64,000 nt of DNA from the NCBI GenBank assembly GCA_020059605.1, contig JAGVBT010000044.1, positions 42,554 to 106,553 of the forward strand. The letters run 5' to 3'. This DNA is from Deltaproteobacteria bacterium (GTDB taxonomy: Bacteria > Desulfobacterota > BSN033 > UBA1163). The first letter of the stretch is position 1, and every line of letters begins with the position of its first letter. A program made the translations under genes and the position numbers. This document shows, piece after piece, positions 47,560 to 56,088 of the stretch. The notes beneath the pieces are model-generated. The model worked only from the letters and a program-made list of their open reading frames with translations, had not been told where the DNA came from and ran no database searches.

Positions 47560-47994
47560 TTACTGAATTACTGACCCTGTCTCAGCTTTTCGAAAATACT
47601 GGCAGAGGGAGATCAGGATCTTTCTCTGGAGGCCCGGAACCGTATCAAGCAAATGGTCAAAAGATTTGCTGTTTACGATCAACAGGGTCATATCAGTTTC
47701 AGCAATGACCGTTGCGGTTCGGGGGCCCCTGTCAATGAGGGAGACCTCGCCAAAAAAGTCGCCTGAAGCCAGACGGTTTATCACCTTACCGCCTTTCTCG
47801 ACTCGGGTTTTACCCTCTAAGATGAAAACGAATTCCCATCCCATATCCCCCTGCTCGGCCAGGACCTTGCCAGCTTTGACCGACAACTGATCTGCATACT
47901 TGGCAATCTCGTTCAGATGGCGGTTGCTAAGATTACTAAACATGGGTACCTTTTTAAGGAGTTCGACCTTTTCGGAACGCCGGCGGAGTAGCAT
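47560..47994 (-). CDS. Standalone cyclic-nucleotide-binding domain protein
   Basis: 144 aa. The CAP-like cNMP pocket is ...FGEVSLIDRGPRTATVIA.... There is no output domain. Confidence 0.7.
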   Translation of the reverse strand: MLLRRRSEKVELLKKVPMFSNLSNRHLNEIAKYADQLSVKAGKVLAEQGDMGWEFVFILEGKTRVEKGGKVINRLASGDFFGEVSLIDRGPRTATVIAETDMTLLIVNSKSFDHLLDTVPGLQRKILISLCQYFRKAETGSVIQ

Positions 47995-48095
47995 CCTTCT
48001 CCTCCTTTATGAAATGATTTCTTTTTAGGTAATGGGTTCTGATGGAAGTGTAATATGATGGAAATGTATCAAAATTCATTCACCAAAGTCAAGGA

Positions 48096-48914
48096 TTAAA
48101 ACCAGCCGAGAGCCTTTTTGATCTCGTCGGCAAATTGGGGGAAGGGGGAAGGAGTAAAGGAGAGGAAGAAGACCAGGAACATGAAGCCCCCGATCACTTT
48201 TCGCTTTCCATCGATAGGGGTTTGATCATCGAGCGGCATGGGGTGGCGGAAACCAAAGAGGATCATGAGGATGAGCAGGAGAATCCATCCGGGATTGTAG
48301 AAGATCGTGATAAAGCCCATGACTGCAATGGCGATGAGGAAGATGGCGCGGCTCCTTTTTCCGAAGAGGGCATAGGCGATGTGGCCCCCGTCCAATTGTC
48401 CCACCGGAATCAGATTGAGGGCGGTGACGAAGAGACCGACCCATCCGGCATATCCGATCGGATGGAGCAAAACATCAAAGCCTTCCGGAACCTTTCCCAT
48501 CACCAGTTTCTGAATAAATGCAAATAGAAAAGGGTCCGCAAGGTGGATGGTCCCTTCTCTCAGATGGGAGGTTGGGATGACTTCGGAAAGCTTTAAGCCA
48601 ATAGCGATGGCGGGAATGCTCAAGATGAGGCTGACCAGTGGGCCTGCCACTCCCGTGTCGAAGAGTGCTTTCCTTGAGGAGAGGTGGCCTTCCATCCGGA
48701 TAACAGCCCCCAGCGTTCCAAAAGGCGACAGAGGGAAAGGCAGAAAGAAGGGCAACGTGGCTTTTATCCCATGCCTCCGGGACATGAAGTAGTGACCCAT
48801 TTCATGTCCCAGGAGGATGAGGATAATGGCAATGGAGTAACCCGGTCCTCCGGTCATCCAGGTGGAGGCCACCGTCAGGATGAAGAGAAGGAGATGGATG
48901 GCTTTCCGGCGCAT
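48096..48914 (-). CDS. Site-2 protease family (M50) intramembrane metalloprotease
   Basis: HEMGHY (HExxH) sits in a TM helix. It is a multi-TM protein with a second conserved LDGG motif. Confidence 0.75.
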   Translation of the reverse strand: MRRKAIHLLLFILTVASTWMTGGPGYSIAIILILLGHEMGHYFMSRRHGIKATLPFFLPFPLSPFGTLGAVIRMEGHLSSRKALFDTGVAGPLVSLILSIPAIAIGLKLSEVIPTSHLREGTIHLADPFLFAFIQKLVMGKVPEGFDVLLHPIGYAGWVGLFVTALNLIPVGQLDGGHIAYALFGKRSRAIFLIAIAVMGFITIFYNPGWILLLILMILFGFRHPMPLDDQTPIDGKRKVIGGFMFLVFFLSFTPSPFPQFADEIKKALGWF

Positions 48915-48923
48915 GAAAAAGGG

Positions 48924-49016
48924 TTATTTCTTCTTCTTGTGACGATCCCGGTCTAATTGCTTTTTGTGTTTATGCTTACGCATCTTCTTTCGTCTCTTTT
49001 TGACAACACTTCCCAT
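48924..49016 (-). CDS. Small basic protein resembling ribosomal protein bS22 (DUF1713-like), 30 aa
   Basis: It translates as MGSVVKKRRKKMRKHKHKKQLDRDRHKKKK, the MGSV-KKRRK-M-K-KHKK pattern of bS22-type proteins. It lies 9 nt upstream of the S2P gene. It is below the ORF-track length cutoff. Confidence 0.5.
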   Translation of the reverse strand: MGSVVKKRRKKMRKHKHKKQLDRDRHKKKK

Positions 49017-49049
49017 AGGCTGTTCTCCTTCGTTGGTTTAGACCGGGGG

Positions 49050-49283
49050 TTAATCGACAATCACATTCGTCTGGGTCCTTAAAACGCCCGAAAGCCCCTG
49101 GATTTTGGTGACGATGAAATCGCCAAGGATATTGATATCCGGTGCCTCCACCAGAGCGATCACGTCATAGGGACCCGTTGTTGCATTCGCCCGCTTCACT
49201 CCCTGGATCTTGGTGGCCTCTCTGGCCACATCCCTGGCAGTCCCTGCGGTGCATTCAATAAAAACATAAGCAGAGATCGGCAT
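49050..49283 (-). CDS. Lrp/AsnC-type standalone ligand-binding (RAM) domain protein
   Basis: 77 aa with the ...VFIECTAG...VKRANATTGPYDVIALVEAPD... fold pattern. Confidence 0.6.
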   Translation of the reverse strand: MPISAYVFIECTAGTARDVAREATKIQGVKRANATTGPYDVIALVEAPDINILGDFIVTKIQGLSGVLRTQTNVIVD

Positions 49284-49424
49284 ACGATCACCTCCTTTGA
49301 GGATTAAATTATCCCAATTCGCTTACAATTTCAAGTCGAAAAGAGGATCAAAAGGAAAAGGGGGCTTAGAAAATCATTGGACAACCCCGGGAGGAAGGTC
49401 CAGAGGTTGAAGTTATACCCATAT

Positions 49425-50261
49425 TTATTTTAGCTTCTCCAATTCTTTTTGGTCGATGTGGAAACTGTGCTGGTCTGCCGGAAACTTTTCCTTAAACACT
49501 TCCTCCCTGTAGGTTTCGAAGGCATTGAGAATCACTTCGCTCAGGTTGACATACCGTTTGGCAAACCTGGGCGTGAAGCGATCGAAGAGGCCGAGCATGT
49601 CGTGGACGACCAAAACTTGTCCGTCGCAATGGACCCCGGCGCCGATTCCGATCGTTGGAACGGTCAGCCGCTCGGTTACCCTCTTCGCAATCGGGGCGGG
49701 AACGGCCTCGAGAAGGACGCAAAACGCACCGGCGTCTTCCAGTAAAAGGGCGTCATCGATTATTTTTTGAGCGGCCTGGGCATCCTTTCCCTGGACCTTG
49801 AATCCTCCGAGCATGGAAATCGTTTGGGGAGTCAAGCCGATATGACCCATCACCGGAATGCCTGCTTTCACAATGGCCCTGACAATATCCCTGACGCTTG
49901 CCCCGCCCTCTAACTTCACAGCATCGGCCTTTGCCTCTTTCATAAACCGACCGGCGTTGAGGATCGCATCCCGCTCCGAGGTGTTATATGACATGAAAGG
50001 CATATCGCCAAGGATGAGGGCATACTTGGCCCCCCGGGCCACCGCCTTCGCATGGTGGATCATCTCTTCCATGGTGACAGGAATCGTATTCTCATAACCC
50101 AGGACCGTCATTCCCAGGGAATCCCCGACCAGGATGATTTCAATCCCCGCCCGGTCTTCGAGCAGGGCCATGGGATAGTCATAGGCCGTGAGCATCGTGA
50201 TCTTTTTCCCTTCTTTCTTCATCGCCTGGATATCGACAGGAGTTATTTTTTTACGGTCCAT
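49425..50261 (-). CDS. panB: 3-methyl-2-oxobutanoate hydroxymethyltransferase
   Basis: 278 aa. ...LTAYDYPMA...VGDSLGM...VKLEGG... is the PanB signature. Confidence 0.9.
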   Translation of the reverse strand: MDRKKITPVDIQAMKKEGKKITMLTAYDYPMALLEDRAGIEIILVGDSLGMTVLGYENTIPVTMEEMIHHAKAVARGAKYALILGDMPFMSYNTSERDAILNAGRFMKEAKADAVKLEGGASVRDIVRAIVKAGIPVMGHIGLTPQTISMLGGFKVQGKDAQAAQKIIDDALLLEDAGAFCVLLEAVPAPIAKRVTERLTVPTIGIGAGVHCDGQVLVVHDMLGLFDRFTPRFAKRYVNLSEVILNAFETYREEVFKEKFPADQHSFHIDQKELEKLK

Positions 50262-50366
50262 CTTCCTTCTCCTTCTTCGTGGTGGTGAATGGTGTTGGTG
50301 GCTCGTTAATGATCACCCCTAAAGGGCTGAGTTACGATATCGGGGTATTGAACGTAACTCAAGGCT

Positions 50367-51287
50367 TTAGCCTTGATGGAACCCTTTTTCTATGACTTTG
50401 ATCAAATCCGTGATCATCAGGTTATAGGGCACGGAGATGCCTAAACGTTTTGCTTCTTTCACCACTGCGCCGTTGATGGCATCGATCTCGGTTTTTCGTT
50501 TGTAGTCAAGGTCCTGCCCCATGGAGCAGCGGTTTTCCCGGGTCGCTTCGACCACCGCTTTCACCCTATCCATTGGGTTTCCCTCGATACGAATTCCTTT
50601 TTTTTTGGCTATTTCGATGGCTTCATTGACAAGGGCTTCCATCAATCTTAATGTTTCGGGATGATCTAAAAGTTGGCCGTTCTTAAATTCAAGAAGGGCG
50701 GCCAGGGCATTGATACCAACATTGACCAAGAGTTTCTCCCAGACAAGGTCATGGATACGGAAGGAGACATCTGTTTCAATCTCAACCTTACGAAACATTT
50801 GAGCTACCCGGTTTAGTCGATCCGTGATCTTCCCGTCCAGTTCGCCCACAGAGGTTTTGCCCCATCCGGCATGGCGAATACTTCCGGGTCCCAATAAGGT
50901 TGCTCCCTGCCCCGTAACCCCCAGAATCACCTTTTTCCGATCCACCTGCTTACAAATGATCTCTTCGTTCCCAAGACCGTTCTGGAGGGTGAGAAAAAGG
51001 GTATCCTCTTTTTCGAGGACCAAAGAGTCCTTGACGGCCTTTTCCGTGTGATAGGTTTTAACAAAATAGAGGACGAGGTCTGCTTTTCCTATGGACCGGG
51101 CATCCGTGGCGGCATTGACAGAAATGTTCCGTGTCTCTCCTTTCTCCTCGATGGCAAGACCTTTTGAGCGAATGGCATCGATATGTTCTTTCCAGACATC
51201 CACCAGCCAGACCTCCTCTCCCGATAGAGTGAGGTGACCTCCAAAAAGACTTCCCATCGCTCCAGCCCCGATGATAACTGTCTTCAT
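50367..51287 (-). CDS. panE: 2-dehydropantoate 2-reductase
   Basis: The Rossmann motif IIGAGAMGS and the ApbA C-domain are present. It is in an operon with panB. Confidence 0.85.
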   Translation of the reverse strand: MKTVIIGAGAMGSLFGGHLTLSGEEVWLVDVWKEHIDAIRSKGLAIEEKGETRNISVNAATDARSIGKADLVLYFVKTYHTEKAVKDSLVLEKEDTLFLTLQNGLGNEEIICKQVDRKKVILGVTGQGATLLGPGSIRHAGWGKTSVGELDGKITDRLNRVAQMFRKVEIETDVSFRIHDLVWEKLLVNVGINALAALLEFKNGQLLDHPETLRLMEALVNEAIEIAKKKGIRIEGNPMDRVKAVVEATRENRCSMGQDLDYKRKTEIDAINGAVVKEAKRLGISVPYNLMITDLIKVIEKGFHQG

Positions 51288-51458
51288 CTCTTCCTATTTT
51301 CCGTACTGAGCAGTTGAGAATGGATTGAAAAACTATCACATAATAGGATGAAAATCAAGTTTTTCGCCAAACCGTGTGCGACCTTTTTTAAAACCATTTT
51401 TTTCTTGTCCGTTTAGGTCAGATATATTATAAAATAATTGAAGAAACGGGAGAAGAAG

Positions 51459-52007
51459 ATGATTGAGATCCGGTTTCATGGAAGGGGGGGACAGGGAGCG
51501 GTGGTGGCTTCCAAGGTGTTGGCCGTTGCCTTTTTTCATGAAGGGCTCTATGTCCAATCTTTTCCTGCCTTTGGAGTGGAGAGGCGCGGGGCGCCTGTGA
51601 TGGCCTTCTTGCGGTTGGATAAGGAGCCCATCCTATTAAGGGTGAACATCTATAAACCCGATCACATCATCGTTTTAGATCCCACCCTGATCAGAGCCGT
51701 GGATGTCACCTCCGGCCTGAAACCCAACGGATGGATTCTGATCAATTCAGGTCATTCTCCTGAAACATTTAATGATCTGAAGGATTTTAGAATCGCCACC
51801 GTCGATGCAACCTCCATTGCAATCCGAAATGGTTTGGGTTCCCGAACAAACCCGATTGTCAATACAGCCATCTTAGGAGCCTTCTCAAAGGCGAGTGGGC
51901 TGGTGGGAATTGATTCCATTGCCCTGTCGATCCGTGAAGAGACTCCCGGAAAGAAGAATGAGAATGCCAAGGCAGCAAGAGAAGCGTATGAGGAAGTGAA
52001 ATTCTGA
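51459..52007 (+). CDS. 2-oxoacid:ferredoxin oxidoreductase, gamma subunit
   Basis: [19 protein letters not shown]...[14 protein letters not shown] is the gamma-subunit motif. The RBS GGGAGAAGAAG is present. Confidence 0.85.
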
Positions 52008-52106
52008 GGAATGTCAAATGTCAAAATCCAAATACCAAATGAATGTCAAATTTCAAAAATAGGAATTTTGATATTTGAGCTTTGGATTTGATTTGACATT
52101 TGAACT
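52008..52106. repeat. AT-rich TGTCAAAT/CCAAAT word repeats forming a long imperfect palindrome
   Basis: GAATGTCAAATGTCAAAATCCAAATACCAAATGAATGTCAAATTTC ... TTTGGATTTGATTTGACATTTGAACTTTGTCATTTGGCATTGACAT lies between the gamma-subunit gene and the fused oxidoreductase gene. Confidence 0.8.
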
Positions 52107-52157
52107 TTGTCATTTGGCATTGACATCTGTCAGATCAATCAGGGACAAGAGGAGAGG

Positions 52158-53903
52158 ATGTCCAAACAATTCCAATTCAAGAGTGTTTCTGAGATGCCCA
52201 TGATCTCTGTTTCGCTGGGGGATATGGAATGGAACAAAACGGGGGCATGGAGAACGCAGCGCCCTTTTTATGAAGATAAGACCCCTCCGTGCAGTGCGGC
52301 CTGTCCGGCAGGAAATGATATCGTTGCATTCATCCAAAAAATTGCAAAGGGAGATTTTGAGGGAGCCTGGAATATCATCAAGGAGGAGAACCCCTTTCCA
52401 GGAGTCTGCGGCAGAGTCTGTTTTCATCCCTGCGAGTCAAAATGTAACCGGGGATCCTTCGATGAACCCATTGCGATTCATGCTCTGGAGAGGTTTGTAG
52501 CGGGCTTTGGTTCCCGCCTGAGCAAGAACACCGGAAAGTCCGGAGAGAAAAGGAAGGAGAAGGTTGCCATTATCGGCTCCGGGCCAGCCGGGATGAGCTG
52601 CGCCTATCATCTTGCAAGGCTCCATCACGATGTGACGGTCTTCGAATCCTTACCCCTTGCAGGCGGCATGCTCAGGATGGGCATTCCCTCCTACCGGTTG
52701 CCCAGGGAGGTCCTGGACAGAGAACTCTCAGGGATTGAAGCCCTGGGAGTAAAAATCCAAACAGGGGTTGCTCTGGGGGAGGATGTAAGGTTAGAGGACT
52801 TGAAGAACTATCGGGCCATCTTCATCAGCACAGGGGCTCACCGGAGCAGAGGTCTTCAGATTCCAGGAGAAAAAGAGAAGGGTATCCTGGGTGGTCTTGA
52901 TCTGCTGAAGAGGATGAACCTGGGCAAAAGAATGAAGCTGGGCGACAAGATTGCCATCATCGGCGGGGGAAATACGGCGATCGATGTGGCCCGGTCAGTG
53001 ATCCGGCTCGGTAAAAAAGCAACGATTCTCTATCGTCGTTCAAGGGAGGAGATGCCGGCCTTTGCAGAAGAGATTACGGAGGCTCTCGAAGAGGGGGTAA
53101 AGATCAGATATCTGGTCAATCCCATCCGCCTTCAACAGAAAGATGGTCTTAAACGATTGGAGTGCCTCCGCATGGAGCTGGGGGAGCAGGATGAGAGTGG
53201 CCGGAGAAAGCCGGTTCCCATCCCCAATTCCAATCTCCGCATCGATGTGGATCATGTGATCGTTGCGGCAGGAGAGGAGATCGAAGCCTCCTTTCTTCCG
53301 GAGGGGTTGGAGAAGAAAGAGGGGATCGTTCTCACCCGGAGAGACGCAAGCACCGGCATCAAAGGGGTCTTTGCCGGAGGAGATCTCACCTCCACCCAGC
53401 GAACTGTAGCCCATGCCATTGGTTCGGGCAAGAAAGCTGCAATGGCGATCGATGCCTTCCTGGAGGGGAAGGATACGGAAGAGGCGATTGTTCAACATCT
53501 GGTAGGAGAGGGCCCATCCCTCTCCATCTTTAGATATCTCCATCCGGGGGAGAGGCCCAGGAATCCTCATATCGTACCTTTTGAAGAATTGAATATGGAC
53601 TACTTCGAACTTGCGAAAAGACAGGAAGAATCGAAAAGGAGGGTGAAGGAGAGAATCAGGGACTTCAATGAGGTCACCTCCACCCTTACCGAGGACGCTG
53701 TCCTCGAGGAGGCCGGGCGGTGTTTCGGTTGCGGGACCTGTAATGAATGTGAGAATTGTTATGTCTTCTGCCCCGATGTCTCCATCTTAAAGTCAGGGGG
53801 AATCCTCTCCCATCAGGTCGATTATGATTATTGTAAGGGCTGTGGCATCTGTTTCACCGAATGTCCTCGGGGCGCCATCTCTCTAAAAGAGGAGGCTAAA
53901 TGA
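52158..53903 (+). CDS. GltD/SudA-like NAD(P)H-dependent FAD oxidoreductase fused to a C-terminal PorD-type 2x[4Fe-4S] ferredoxin domain
   Basis: The N-terminal Cys cluster region is CSAACPAGNDI...CGRVCFHPCESKCNRG. The FAD/NAD GxGxxG motifs (IIGSGPAG, IIGGGNTA) are present. The C-terminal CFGCGTCNECENCYVFCPD...CKGCGICFTECP is PorD-like. It sits in the slot where a delta subunit normally lies. Confidence 0.7.
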   Translation: MSKQFQFKSVSEMPMISVSLGDMEWNKTGAWRTQRPFYEDKTPPCSAACPAGNDIVAFIQKIAKGDFEGAWNIIKEENPFPGVCGRVCFHPCESKCNRGSFDEPIAIHALERFVAGFGSRLSKNTGKSGEKRKEKVAIIGSGPAGMSCAYHLARLHHDVTVFESLPLAGGMLRMGIPSYRLPREVLDRELSGIEALGVKIQTGVALGEDVRLEDLKNYRAIFISTGAHRSRGLQIPGEKEKGILGGLDLLKRMNLGKRMKLGDKIAIIGGGNTAIDVARSVIRLGKKATILYRRSREEMPAFAEEITEALEEGVKIRYLVNPIRLQQKDGLKRLECLRMELGEQDESGRRKPVPIPNSNLRIDVDHVIVAAGEEIEASFLPEGLEKKEGIVLTRRDASTGIKGVFAGGDLTSTQRTVAHAIGSGKKAAMAIDAFLEGKDTEEAIVQHLVGEGPSLSIFRYLHPGERPRNPHIVPFEELNMDYFELAKRQEESKRRVKERIRDFNEVTSTLTEDAVLEEAGRCFGCGTCNECENCYVFCPDVSILKSGGILSHQVDYDYCKGCGICFTECPRGAISLKEEAK

Positions 53904-55054
53904 AGAGGGTCATCACAGGAAACCAGGCAGTGGCCTACGGCGTCATCTTGAGCCGTGTGGATGTCATCTCCGCATACCCCATCACACCCCAGACGACGAT
54001 TGTGGAAGAGCTTTCAGAACTGATTGCAAGCGGCCGCCTGAAGACAAAATTCCTGAAGGTAGAATCAGAACATTCCGCCATGGCCGCACTGATCGGAGCC
54101 TCCACCGGAGGGGTTAGAACCTTTACGGCTACATCCTCTCATGGATTAGCCTATATGCATGAGATGCTCCACTGGGCTTCCGGAGCGAGGCTTCCCATTG
54201 TTCTGGTCAATGTCAATCGGGCCCTTGGCGCACCTTGGAATATATGGGGCGATCAGAGTGATTCTCTCTCCCAGCGGGATACGGGATGGATTCAACTCTA
54301 TTGCGAAAATAATCAGGAGGTCCTCGATACCATTGTTCAGGCTTATCTGATCGCAGAAACGGTGAGACTTCCTGTGATGGTTGTCCTCGATGCTTTTGTC
54401 CTTTCCCACACCGCTGAGGCTGTTGAAATTCCAAGCATCGAGGAGGTGGACTCCATCTTGCCGCCTTTCTGTCCGGATTATCCGATCGACACCCAGGAAC
54501 CGAGAGCCTATTCCGTGATCACCACCCCTGATTATTTTTTGGAGTTTCGTTACAAGGTCCAGAAGGCCATGGAGCAGGTCCCAGAGGTTGCCAAGAAGGT
54601 GGATGATGAATTCAAAGCCCGGTTTGGCCGGGGTTATGGAGCGATTGAAAGATATGGAAAAGAAGGGGCCAAAGTGTTGTTGATGACCTCTGGAACGGTC
54701 ACCAGCACGTCAAGAACAGTGATCAAGAAGCTGGTGGAGAAAGGTTTAAGCGTTGCCGGAATCAAGATCAAACGGTTCAGACCCTTTCCCTCCGAAGAGA
54801 TTTGCGAAGCGATTCAGGGGGCAAAGAAGATCGCTGTCATCGACCGGAACCTTTCTGCCGGAGTGGGTGGCATCTTTGCACAGGAGTTAAGAGCCTCTTT
54901 GTATTCTCGGGAGGAGAGGCCTCCTGTCTTCGGATTCGTTTCCGGATTGGGTGGACGAGATATTACTCCGGAACTGATCGAAGAAGCGATTCAATATACA
55001 ATGGAGCACCCTCAGCCCGAAGGAGATATTGTGTGGCTAGGACTGAAAAGATAA
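53900..55054 (+). CDS. 2-oxoacid:ferredoxin oxidoreductase, alpha subunit
   Basis: 384 aa with the PorA/VorA-like domains I and II. It overlaps the upstream stop by 4 nt. Confidence 0.85.
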   Translation: MKRVITGNQAVAYGVILSRVDVISAYPITPQTTIVEELSELIASGRLKTKFLKVESEHSAMAALIGASTGGVRTFTATSSHGLAYMHEMLHWASGARLPIVLVNVNRALGAPWNIWGDQSDSLSQRDTGWIQLYCENNQEVLDTIVQAYLIAETVRLPVMVVLDAFVLSHTAEAVEIPSIEEVDSILPPFCPDYPIDTQEPRAYSVITTPDYFLEFRYKVQKAMEQVPEVAKKVDDEFKARFGRGYGAIERYGKEGAKVLLMTSGTVTSTSRTVIKKLVEKGLSVAGIKIKRFRPFPSEEICEAIQGAKKIAVIDRNLSAGVGGIFAQELRASLYSREERPPVFGFVSGLGGRDITPELIEEAIQYTMEHPQPEGDIVWLGLKR

Positions 55055-55059
55055 ATTTC

Positions 55060-55125
55060 TAAATTCGAATTTCGAAATTGTTTCGAGTTTCGATATTCGG
55101 ATTTCGGATTTTAGAGATCCCAAAA
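55060..55125. repeat. AT-rich TTTCGA/TTCGGA word repeats including the perfect palindrome AATTTCGAAATT
   Basis: TTCTAAATTCGAATTTCGAAATTGTTTCGAGTTTCGATATTCGGATTTCGGATTTTAGAG lies between the alpha and beta subunit genes. Confidence 0.8.
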
Positions 55126-55137
55126 AATGAGGCTTAG

Positions 55138-56016
55138 ATGAATAAAGTAAAGGTCCCTATTGCGGAGAATCTTGGTCATGGTCATCTGGCCTGTGCTGGA
55201 TGCGGGGCTGCGGTTGCCATGCGGTTAACATTGAAGGCCCTCGGTGAGAAGACAGTCATGGTCTTTCCTGCCTCGTGCTGGTCAATTGTCCCCGGATTCT
55301 GGCCCTATTCCAGTTACAAGATTACAGCTGTCCATGCCGGGTTTGTCACAGGAGCTGCGACTGCGTCAGGAGTCAGGGCCGCCCTGGATGTTCGAGGGGA
55401 CGATGAAACCCTGGTGGCGGTGTGGGCGGGAGATGGTGGGACTTTTGATATTGGGCTTCAGGCTCTCTCCGGCGCAGCGGAGAGAAATGAAGATTTGCTC
55501 TATATCTGTAATGATAATGAAGGGTATATGAATACAGGCACTCAGAGAAGTTCAGCCACACCGCTTCTTGCCTGGACAACGACCACTCCGGTGATGCAGC
55601 CCAAAGAGAATCCAAAGAAAGATATTATGGCCATCATGGCTGACCACCATATTCCCTATGCGGCAACAGCAACGATCGCCTACCCGGAAGACCTCATCCG
55701 AAAACTGGAGAAAGCAAGAAGCATCCGTGGAACTCGGTTCATCCATCTTTTCTCTCCTTGTCCGCCGGGATGGAAGATGCCCTCCGAACAGACCATCAAA
55801 ATTTCGAGGCTTGCCGTCCGCTCAAGGATCTTTCCCCTTTATGAGATTGAGAATGGAAGATTCTATACGATTCAGGAAGAAACCCGTGTTGTCTCTGTGA
55901 AAGAGTATTTAAAAATCCAGGGTCGATTCAGCCACCTCACTGAAAAAGATATCGAGATGACTCAAAGAAATACGGACGATGCCTGGGAACGCCTTCAGAG
56001 AAAAGCCCGTTGCTGA
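55138..56016 (+). CDS. 2-oxoacid:ferredoxin oxidoreductase, beta subunit (TPP-binding)
   Basis: The Cys ligands of the proximal cluster (CAGCG...C) and the TPP motif GDGG...NN are present. Confidence 0.85.
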   Translation: MNKVKVPIAENLGHGHLACAGCGAAVAMRLTLKALGEKTVMVFPASCWSIVPGFWPYSSYKITAVHAGFVTGAATASGVRAALDVRGDDETLVAVWAGDGGTFDIGLQALSGAAERNEDLLYICNDNEGYMNTGTQRSSATPLLAWTTTTPVMQPKENPKKDIMAIMADHHIPYAATATIAYPEDLIRKLEKARSIRGTRFIHLFSPCPPGWKMPSEQTIKISRLAVRSRIFPLYEIENGRFYTIQEETRVVSVKEYLKIQGRFSHLTEKDIEMTQRNTDDAWERLQRKARC

Positions 56017-56024
56017 TTTCCTAT

Positions 56025-56046
56025 CGATAGGTTTTTAACTTCTTGG
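56025..56046 (+). terminator. Weak intrinsic terminator after the oxidoreductase operon
   Basis: CCTATCGATAGG is a palindrome followed by TTTTTAA, 10 nt after the beta-subunit stop. Confidence 0.35.
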
Positions 56047-56048
56047 AA

Positions 56049-56075
56049 TAAGTTGTTTTAGAACCAACGTCCCCT
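56049..56075. repeat. 27-nt element TAAGTTGTTTTAGAACCAACGTCCCCT (copy 2)
   Basis: It is identical to 28404-28430. Confidence 0.7.
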
Positions 56076-56088
56076 AAATTCTAAACGG

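Noticed and set aside
42476-47994. Pycsar/CBASS-type cyclic-nucleotide defence system
   Set aside because: The cyclases are class III CHD-type, not CD-NTase-like. The cNMP-binding protein has no TM, TIR or nuclease effector domain. It is kept only as a loose defence-like hypothesis.
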